A stretch of DNA of 64,000 nt from the NCBI GenBank assembly GCA_051294375.1, contig CM119270.1:16266019-16330018 (forward strand). The letters run 5' to 3'. The stretch's first letter is position 1; every line of letters starts with the position of its first letter. Below, one piece after another: positions 53,881 through 64,000 of the stretch. The position numbers were made by a program, and so were the translations under genes. The DNA is from Paraspadella gotoi. Lineage: Eukaryota; Animalia; Chaetognatha. The notes below the pieces were generated by a model, which worked only from the letters and a program-made list of their open reading frames with translations, made no database searches and was not told the origin of the DNA.

Positions 53881-55079
53881 TTTCACCTGGTCGAACTGTT
53901 TTCTAGAGAAAATGTCGATAATAAAAATATAAGACTTTTATTGTACAGCAAATATTTTCTCTTGGCAAAACAGTATTTGTAAGATTTAAACAGAAAACTA
54001 AATACGATCGAAACATCTCTTTTAAAATTGAGGCGGGTGGCAAATATGACCATAAAATGAACTGGCCTAATGTGGTCAAATGGCGAAAGAGAGATTCGAC
54101 CGTCAATATGGTTAAATAGTGAATTATTGACAAATATACAAAGATATTGATGGCAAGATTGGAAAAATAAATATTTTTTGTTGTTATGCAAACAATGTTA
54201 TAAGAAGCAATCAATGACAAAGACAATCTTCGGAAAAACTATCTGAGGCAAAAAATGTTGGACAAATAAGAGAGATGTCAATTGGAAGTTTGGGCACATG
54301 GAACTCATCATGAAGCGACGTAGGTATGATGTAGCTTATCGCAGGCGCCGCAACGGCCCTCTGAATGGCAAACTTCTTCAAGTGTCCTCTCGTGAACAAC
54401 GGAAACAGACCTTCGCTTTTGACGACTCACTTTCGGACATCGGAGTCAAGTTTCGGGACAGCGAGAAAGAGTGATTTTGGTCACATTTATAGCAAGAGAT
54501 CGCTATTTTACGTTGCATTGAATGAACATTTTGCGTCGGTGATGTCAATGGAAATTACGCCGACTGACGCCGATGAAAGGCTTGGGATGGCGATGTAGGC
54601 GAGGCCAGCAAAGTTGTCGGCAGCGGCGTCGTCAGTTTTTGAAAAGAAGTGTCTCCTTCACGGAGATTTCCGGCTTTTAGGAGAGAGAGTTGTGACGGTG
54701 GGCGGATTTATCACCCGTCCACTCCATTTTAGAAGCCGAGCTTCGATCATCTTGATTTCATTAACTATGAGATTGATTACTGTCAAATATATTTTTTTTT
54801 AAAGTTAACGACGAATCCGCGAAGCGATTGTCCTTATTTACTGCAAAGATCTTTCTTTTGTCTTCACGCCCGCGGAGACGAGCGTTCTTGATTTCACCCG
54901 GACAAAATGATTAACGTGATTTCCAAGAGAAAAAAGTCGTGATAAAAAATATGAGACTTTTATTGTACAGAAAATATTCAATTCGAAAACTCGTAATATG
55001 GAGTTTCTTCCGGGCAAAATGGTGAGAATTCCATGCAAAAACTAAATAAGATGGAAAAATCTCTGAAAATTGAGGCAGG
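53881..55079. repeat. Diverged direct repeats (~53881-54037 and ~54892-55079) around a GC-richer core
   Basis: Shared blocks tttcacc.gg, agacttttattgtacag.aaatatt, aaaactaaata.gat and aaaattgaggc occur in the same order in both repeats. Confidence 0.7.
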
Positions 55080-56848
55080 AGAGACAACTGACTGATATAT
55101 TGCTTATATTGAATATTTAATATATCTTAAAATATTTATTATTTAATAGATTATAACAATATAAAGCTATTAAAAAACATTTTAAAGTAATCAGACAAAA
55201 CTTTACCCTTTTTTATAATTTTTTTCCCTCGCGTTAAAATCATCTTTTCAGTCAGAATTTTTTTGCAATGATTTAAATATATTTTCTATTACTCAATAAA
55301 ACTTAATATTTTACTATAATATTTATACCCTTTTCAAACATAACTGAAGGAAAAGTTTTTTTAAAACCTCTTCAAAATCATATTTCTTCATTAACAGCTT
55401 TATAATGATACTGGAACGGTTCCCTAGTATTAATTATAATGATTTAGTTTAAGTTATCACGTGACTCAAGTAAGATACATATGCACATTAAAGGTCTTAT
55501 TGGCGCCTTAACCTCCGACCAAATATGAATTCAGTTGATGCGATATTACCGAGTAATGTGCGTTTAAAATTTTAGGGGGACAAAGGACATATGCAGACTG
55601 ACCGACCAACCAAAAGTAATAATTACAGAATTTTTTTTTAAATATTAAATTTTTTTGTGTTTATGAAGCTTCTCATCATTCCGTCATCACTCTTTTAGTA
55701 CATATCAACAAATAATGTAATATGTGATTTTTACAGAGGAAGCAAATTTTAGCAAATTTTACAATTTCGGTTGAGTTCAACACATGATCGAAAACTCATT
55801 AATCACGACGTCTAATCAAATTTTTGTATTTATTGCCAATCTAAAATGAAAGTAAAGACCTCAATCAAGATTTTAATATATCCCCATTTTCATTTTTTAC
55901 CCTCTTCTGTAGTAATAGTTTGAGACTATTTCAATGGAGATTTTCGTCAAATCTGATACCAAACAATATAAACGCTCCTGGTAAAAATTCTGGTAAAATA
56001 TCGATGTAAAAACACTTGATTCCAATCCTGTTGCATCTGAAGGGCTCGCATTTTTTTTTCTCTGTCAAATCATCAACATCTTGATACAAACAAGCCAGAA
56101 CAAATAGACTGCTTCTGGACGGAAAAATTTTCCATCTCTATTTATAATGATAATGAAAGGGATTTTTTTCTTAAAACGATATCAACGTGACTTAGGTATG
56201 TTCCTTTCAACAAATGAGGTTCATTTTTGGAATCCTTTGGCAAAGTGCTGAAGGGCTCTCAAAATTTTCTTTACATTTATTAGGTTATTTTGATATGATA
56301 CAATCATGGTAAAGTGAATTAGTCCAGTTTGGTGAAATTTTTATTTAAATTAAAAGTAAAGAGAGAGGACTAACGATTGGAATATCTAAGAGTTTTCACC
56401 GGAGAGTCAGCATTCGGGAAAAATCTTCTATGGCGAAAATCTTCAAAGAAGGGGTGAATTTCCGGAAGATTTGGTTAATATTTTCTATATTTTATAGTCG
56501 GATTTTTTGAAACTTAATATTAACAATATTGCCATCATCTACCATGGCCCTGGCTATAAAAATATTAAAAAGCCTCGGGCTTTGTTCGTCAGAGCTTAGT
56601 CCTATATTTAATTTTCCTCTTTTAATTTTTCACAATGTTCTAGAAAAGATTTGACTAGCTTTGATAACTTTCCTTCAATTCTTTTGCGCCTACTTTAGAC
56701 TCGAACGATAGGGAACAGAAATTTAGACTCCTCAGTTTCAATTGAAATGTTCCGTGAAACATTATTTCTTAAGTTTTGTAGGTCATTTTACTTCAATTTA
56801 CTACAAAGCGTCGTTAAAACCTGTGAACTCTCTCTTTCTTAAGAAAAG

Positions 56849-57921
56849 ATGGGAAAAAAGAATCGCGTGAAACAATCGGTGAGAAAATTATTGAAAATTA
56901 GTTGTGTTAAAAGTTATATGAACATGAATCTGAATATCTGAATACATGCGAATATCTGAATACGAATCTGAGAAAGTTCCTTTTGAACTTTCTCGCAGAC
57001 ACGTCTGCTCCTGTCCGTACCGGACGCACCCAGCAACGTCGAAAGACCTAGCCTGCGCGGCGCGTGGGAAGCTGGTTTGACCAAGGAGACCCTCACCCAT
57101 TGGTCGCGTCACTCTAAAACCTATGGGGCCAACGTCAACAAAACGGGCGGGGCGCACAAGACGAGGAAAAAAGCCTTGCACTTTGCCAAAGATGGTTTGG
57201 CGGGAGGTCTCGCCGCGGAAATGGACGAGAGCATCGGTAGGCGGGAAATTTAAGGCGGAGTGGGGGGGGGGATTGAAATAATTATGTAAAAAGGTTAAGT
57301 GGCCAGTTTAAAGTCAGGGGTTAGATGGTTTTATTTATGAAGAGATTCCTTGGGGTTTATTTCGGCTTCGGCTGAGAACTTATTACGATAATCCTTTCAT
57401 TTCGTTGCGTGAAATCCTTAATACTTGTTTTCAGATTTAGGATGGGAGGACGATCGAATCACGGGTTACCTCATCTTCTGTTCCATCGCGTTTACCATTG
57501 GGTCCGCTTTCCTCTTTGGATACAACCTTTGCAATCTTAACACTCCCGCCTTGATGATCAACGAAACGTTTTTCATGAAGGTTTTTTTAATTTTTTTTTT
57601 GTTGATTTCTTTTGTTATTTTGTTATGGCGGAGACTTGAAGACGTTGGCAGAGCTGAGGTAAGAGGCCCCGCGACCTGGGCATCTTAGATGTTGAACTCG
57701 ATGAAGACTCTTATACAGCGCTTCTAGCAGTATATAGAATAAAATTAGTAGAAAAAATAACTTAAAAACAATTTTTTTCTAAGGTTTATGCCTCGAGATA
57801 TGGCACCACCGTTGATGACAAAAGCATTGGAGACCTCAGCGTTATCTTGTGGCAAATAACAATATCTGCCTTTATTGGCTGGTTGCACCATCGGTGGCAT
57901 TGGTGAAAAGACGAGAGAGAG

Positions 57922-57990
<69 letters not shown>

Positions 57991-58333
57991 GTAAACTATC
58001 CACATTTACAGGATCGGCCTTTTGAATGACAAACTCGGACGTCGAGACGCCAACGTCCTCAACCAAATTCCCGCCATTTTGAGCGGAATCCTCAGCACTA
58101 CATCCTACTACATCAATTCTCCTGTGATGCTCATCATTTCTCGGTTTTTAGTCGGCATCACAGCCGGAGCCGGTTACACTTACGTCTCGGCTTATCTCAT
58201 CGAAATCGCACCGACAAAGCACAGAGGTTTTTGTATTAGTCTTTTTATTTTCTGACCTATCTATCTATGTTCTCTATCTTTTTCTTTCTTTTTTCTTTCT
58301 TTCTTTCTTTCTTCTTTCTTTCTTTCTTTCTTT

Positions 58334-58393
<60 letters not shown>

Positions 58394-58409
58394 TTGGTTC
58401 TTTCTTTTC

Positions 58410-58486
<77 letters not shown>

Positions 58487-61087
58487 CTCTCTTCTCCTCT
58501 TTTTTTCTAACAACTACAGGTGGCATCAGTCGATACAAGCCCATTAAATGAAGGCTGCCTCGGAACGATTACGGCGCAGATATTGTCGATGCCCCAAGTC
58601 TTGGGGACTCACCTTCTATGGCCTTACCTCACGGGATTTAATGTAATACCAGCCACATTCTCCCTGGTACTTTTGCCTTTTTGCGTTGAAAGTCCGAGGT
58701 AATGTCAAATTATCTTAATTATTTAATTTTAAAGTGAATTGTTTTAAAATTACTACATACCCGTTTAAAAGTGCTGGGGTAGTGAGCTAAAGCAACTCGA
58801 ACCCAAATATTCATGAGTTTATATAAGTATACCGAAAGAAAGCGTTGGCTAGAGAGGCCCATAGAATCGAACTTCACAAGCACCAAGCTATTTTTAAAAC
58901 TTCTTCCATTTGCAGATATCTCTTCATCATTCGTAATGACCGAAGCGGCGCTGAAGCGGCCTGGCGTCGTCTTCTGGGCAGAGAGAACGTCGAAGATCGC
59001 ATCAAGGAAATGGGAATTGAAAAGAGAATCTACGAAGTCATGGGTCACACCATCATTGACTTCCTCAGGAACCGGAATGTCAGATGGCCGCTATTTATGG
59101 CCATAATATTGAGGGTGGGACGATTAGTATATTGTGGTCATCGTTATCTTAAGAAAAAACAAAGGCCATTATTTTCAAAAGCTCCTCGTCAGTCTGTGTT
59201 AAGTTTGTAATTAATAGCTTAAGGTTTAAAGTTAATGTTTTACGTTAGGGGTTTGGGATAGGATGTAGATTAAAGGTTCGGTATAAGGATTAGCTTTTGG
59301 ATTACGAAGATTTTCTCGGATTGGGCCTCTGTCAATCAAACTGAACTACAGAATTCTAACTTATAAATTATTCAACCAAAACAATTTTAACTTAAACGAT
59401 ATTTCAGTGTTTACCAACATCGAGCGGAATCGACGCCGTACAAACTTATTCAGGCATCGTTTTTTACGAAGCGGGTAAGAATTAAAAATTAAACTTTTAC
59501 GGTAAATTGACTCTCTCTAGTCTCTGGTCTCTAGTCTCGGCAAATCGTAATCTCCCTTCAGGAGTAAAGAAGAGTTTCATTCCTTTCATTATCCTCGGAT
59601 TGGGAATCGTGAATCTTTTGGCGATAATCGCCGCTTTGCTTTACGTCGATCGATTGGGAAGACGAAAATTTTTACTCTTCACCTGCGGGATCGTCGTCGT
59701 CACATTCTTTGTCCTCTCCTTCTGTTTAGTGTTTGAGGTTTGCGTGAAAAGTGAATTGACCGCTTCGATTATTCAGTGACGAACGGAAAATGTTGATTTT
59801 TCAATCAAGGACCGGTGGCAGGATCGCTCTACTAGTGATAAAGGTCTGTCCATCAATCTGGACAACTTACGTTAAAAATGCTTATAACTCGGGTAAAACT
59901 TTTAGTTTAGTTCATAATTGGTACGAATGTAAAGTAACATGAAACCTTTCCGTACATTTATATCATACTTGTGAATTCACGTGATCACCATTAAAAGCGA
60001 TCGCTAAAAATTTGGTTGCTCTTTTGTTAATTTCGCTCACTCGCATCGAAATAACTTCAAGCGCCTCCGTTAGTTTTTTAAAGAAATCTTACAAACAATA
60101 AATGACCAATTCCGATGCAGCGCGTATCAAGCTCAGGATTGGAATGGCCGTGAAAAACACTTGAACATTTCGGACGACCATCAATTTCAACCCATTCGAA
60201 CCAGGAGCCGAAAAGTATGACGACGAAACCCACATTGTCTTAACGACTGCTATCGTTTCGTGCATCATGATATATCAAATCGGGTTCTCAAGCTGCTTGG
60301 CCTCCGTGCCCGTCTGCTTATCTTGCGAGATTTTTCAACAGGTGATTGAATATCTTCCGTGAAGCTGAAACTAAAGCAGAATTTCAGTATTATTATTTTT
60401 GTCGGATTGGCAGGGAACTCGCACGGCTGCCACGACTATCGCTCAAGTTGTTTCGTTTCTATGGAAACTGATTCTCAGTGCGACTTTTCTATCGATGAAC
60501 AGTAAAAGAAAACCACTAATTTCGTTGAATGTTGAAATATTTCAATAATTATTCTATAAGCTTAATGTTTTCTTTTTATAAATATTCTTCATTGTCTCTG
60601 CTTTTGTGGTCCTTTTTTTTACATCTAGATGTTAAATAATATTTTGTTTTTGTTTAGAATTGTTGGGCCCTCTGTCGTTTATTCCCTTCGTCGTCGTCGT
60701 CGCTGCGTCTTTCCTCTTTATTTTCGTTTTTGTGCCTGAAACAAAAGACAAATCTTTCGAAGAAATCAACTCGCAGGCAATCTATAAAGTTAACAGTCTA
60801 TATTATTAATTTAATTTAATTAATTAATTCAAGTTTTAACTATCTATCTTTCTTTCGATTTGCAGATGAAAGGCGCTCAACCGGTGATAGACTGTTGCAG
60901 ACGCAGGGCGGAAACGAAAGACACTATCGCCAACGAGGAGGGCGATGCGAATAACAACAACAAAGACAGAAACAACAACAACAACGACCAAGCGAACGTC
61001 TCCGTAAATGAAACTAACGCCAGAAACCGTCTAGAAATTAGGGAACGAACTTTTTGTAACCTTACCGATTTATCGCTGTCATTTTAA
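56849..61087 (+). CDS. SLC2/GLUT-like MFS sugar-porter family protein, gene 2 (true paralogue), 13 exons
   Basis: Exons: 56849-56878, 56999-57236, 57435-57580, 57784-57902, 58012-58226, 58520-58698, 58916-59114, 59408-59474, 59562-59737, ~60121-60341, 60414-60501, 60658-60776, 60866-61087. Intron positions match gene 1. Motifs: FLFGYN, DKLGRR, EIAPTKHRG, ESPRYL, VDRLGRRK, EIFQQGTR, VPETKDKSFEEI. Apparent 1-bp indels in exons 4, 5, 6 and 10. Confidence 0.93.
58275..58500. repeat. (CTTT)n + (CT)n intronic microsatellite; similar (TTTC)n ~63185-63305 and (AAAG)n ~63740-63806
   Basis: Visible simple repeats. Confidence 0.95.
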
Positions 61088-61141
61088 GTAAAATTCATAA
61101 GCTTAAAACAAAAAAATAGTTTTCTTTTCGTCTCTCTCTCT

Positions 61142-61179
<38 letters not shown>

Positions 61180-61911
61180 CGTTTTCTTGCATTTCTCTCT
61201 GCGGACAAAATTGGTTAATGTTGTTTTCGCTGATTCGGCATCTCGAGATTTGGGGTCGGGCGGAGGAGGAAAGGGAGGAAGAGAGGAAAGGGGAAAAAAG
61301 GGAGGAAGAGAGGTAAGGGGAAAAAAGGGAGGAAGAAAGGAAAGAGGAGAAAGGGAGGAAAGGGAGGAAAGGAAAGGAAGGAATGCAGTTAGACATCTCG
61401 AGATCTGCGGATGGGGTGGAGTAGGTAAGAAATGAGGAAAAGTTAGATAACAGGACATGAAAGGGAGGAAAAGAAGGAGTTTATCAAACGAAGGAAGCGA
61501 GGAAAAAGGAGGAAAGAATAAAAGGAGGAAAGAATAAAAAAGGAAAGAATAAAAGGAGGAAAGAAAAAAGGTCAGGATTAAAAAAAGTAAGTCTTAAGAA
61601 AGAAGCAAAGTAAAAATTGGCCAGGGAGGGAGGACGATGACCGATATATTAGAAATAAAAGGCACAGAAAATATAGTAAATGTATTGTAATATTATTCAC
61701 TTTACAAATGTTATTTTAACTTAACTACACAAATTAAAGAGAAAAAATAGTAAAAAGAGAGATAAACTTAAAGAAAAAAAAAGGGTTAGCCGTTAAAGAA
61801 GAAATTTTCAATGAAAGCCAAGAGAAAAGAAAGATGACGAGATTAGGTTTACGGATGAACCCAAATTTTTTCCGGTTGAAAGACAAGAAAAGATTTTTCT
61901 TTCTTCCCTAA

Positions 61912-62022
61912 AAAGTAAAGTAAAGTAAAGTTTAAGTAAAGTAAAGTAAAGTAAAGTAAAGTAAAGTAAAGACAAGAAAAACATTTTTTTCATCCCTAAA
62001 AAGTAAAGTAAAGTAAAGTAAA
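61912..62022. repeat. (AAAGT)n pentamer repeat within a ~3-copy local repeat (gacaagaaaa..tttt...ctaaaaagtaaagt)
   Basis: Visible repeats. Confidence 0.85.
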
Positions 62023-62427
62023 GACAAGAAAATATTTTTCTTTCTACTCTAAAAAGTAAAGTTTTTTTTATCTCATTTTCCAAAACTTTTCCTCAACTTT
62101 GCCACAGCTGCTTATTTCTTTCACGACTTTTTATTTATTAATTACGTATTTTTTTTTACTCTTTTTTTTTCTTTTCTTTTTTCTTTTCTTTTCTCGTTCA
62201 ACATCTCACTCCTTCTTCTTCTCTTTCCTCCTCTCTCATTCTCCCTCTCTAACCTTATTCTCCCCTCCCTATCCCTCTATCCACATCCCCTAACCCATAT
62301 TCCCTTCTCCCCCCAACGCCTGTCTCTTTCCAAAGAAGCAAATCATTTCCTTCTCTGCTTCTTTTCAAAAAGCGATTTCGATTTCATAACATTTTTTTTT
62401 TCACGATTGAAATTTTTATGTCAAAGT

Positions 62428-62535
62428 CGACGACGACGACGACGACGACAACGACGACGACGACGAGGCTACGACGACGACGCACTACGACGACCGACGA
62501 CGACGACGACGACGACGACGGCGGCGACGACGACT
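62428..62535. repeat. (GAC)n trinucleotide tract followed by (CAA)n; also ~4305-4345
   Basis: Visible simple repeat. Confidence 0.9.
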
Positions 62536-63217
62536 ATTGAGACGAAGGCGGGGAGGATGTAAAGGACGGCGACGGAAAAAAGGCAACAAGAATTTTTATT
62601 CCATACCACAACAACAACAATAACAATAACAACATCAACAACAACAACAACAACTGCGCCACAAAACAAGCGTGTCATTTCAGTTAGACCGTGTTGCGAT
62701 CCCACAGCGACAAGAAATCGCTGTGTCACGAACTCACTTTGTCATAAAGTGATAAACCCGCCACAACCAATACAGAAAAACCAGCGTGCCGAGAACCGAA
62801 GCCGAGAACCGAAGCCGATGGCCGGAAAACAAAAAAAGGGAATGTCCGTTCGAAAATAAAGCGATTATGACCGTAAGAAATTGAAAGGGGGGGCGGTAGA
62901 GAAAAGGGAAAGAGATGAAAATAAAAAGAGCGGAAATTGAAAAAAAAAGAAAAGAGGAAAAGAAGAAAGAAAAAGAGAAGTTTATAAGAAAGAAGAAAAT
63001 ATAAAATAATAAAATGTATAAAAATATAAAGTCAATTATTATTAAGATTATTTTAAATACTATCTAATTGATTATATATTTTCTTCCATGTACAATTTGT
63101 ACATGTTACTGCGAAGAAAAATTAAAGAAAACTTTCTTGTTTTCGTATTTCAGATCTGTTTATCTGTAAGTCGTTCTTAACTTCTTTCTTTATTTTCTCT
63201 TTTTTCTTTCTTTGTTT

Positions 63218-63301
<84 letters not shown>

Positions 63302-63566
63302 TCCTCCTTCACTCGCTCGGCGGAGGACAAGCAGAGCGGAAAGGACGGAAAATGACAGGAAAGATGAAAGGGAGAAAAAAGAAAATAAAAAAAGAGGAAA
63401 AGGAAAGTGAAACTGAAAGAAAGAAAAAATTCTTTTCTTGAAATCTGTTTTTTTGAATATTCAAACCAAGAGCTGAGCTGAGCGGTGATACTTTTGTGGA
63501 GGCGAAGGGTGGGAGAGAGAGGGAAGGGGTGAAGGATGAAAAGGAGAGGAAGGGAGGGAGGCAGGG

Positions 63567-63608
<42 letters not shown>

Positions 63609-63740
63609 AAAAGATGGTAAAAAATATAACCGGAAAAATAAAACAGAAAAGAAAGAAAGAGAGAGAGAATGAAAAAAAAGGGAGAAAAAAAAGGAAAAAG
63701 AAAACATTAAAGAAACAATGAAAAAAGATAAAAAAAGCGA

Positions 63741-63807
<67 letters not shown>

Positions 63808-64000
63808 GAGAAAACAAAGAAAGAAAGGAGAAAAGAAAGATAGAAAAAAAGAAAGAAAGCAGGAAAGAAATGAGGAAATAGGTAACAAAAAAGAAAGAAG
63901 AAAATAAAGGAAGAAAAAGAAAGGAACGCAAAAAAAAGGGAGAAAAATGCGGGACCGAGACGGAGACAGCGAAAAGAGATGAAAAAGATGGGCGGCCTCG

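Noticed and set aside
47072-61087. Assigning a specific SLC2A gene symbol
   Set aside because: Too divergent. Orthology cannot be judged without a phylogeny.

Overview
Eukaryotic (probably invertebrate animal) draft-assembly DNA. It is AT-rich, dense in (AG)n/(CT)n and other microsatellites, and has ten N gaps plus indel noise typical of poorly polished long reads. Nearly all ORFs in the supplied track are simple-repeat noise. The supported coding content lies at 30-61 kb. It comprises an intronless minus-strand CoA-dependent acyltransferase/condensation-domain-like gene, arranged head-to-head with a 13-exon SLC2/GLUT-like sugar-porter gene, and a second, diverged 13-exon GLUT-like paralogue at 56.8-61.1 kb. 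The acyltransferase+GLUT block (~8.3 kb) appears twice across a 25-N gap, probably as an assembly or haplotype duplicate. The second copy carries a 4.36-kb higher-order satellite array inserted in the acyltransferase CDS and flanked by a ~70-bp direct duplication. Both GLUT paralogues keep the sugar-porter scaffold but have lost most canonical hexose-binding residues, gained charged residues in TM7/TM11, and share an unusual conserved N-terminal extension and a GC-AG last intron. A hAT-like fold-back element with an 8-bp TSD and telomere-like internal repeats lies between the paralogues. Bases 1-1132 are an exact copy of 13762-14893. All alignments were done by eye; no searches were run.
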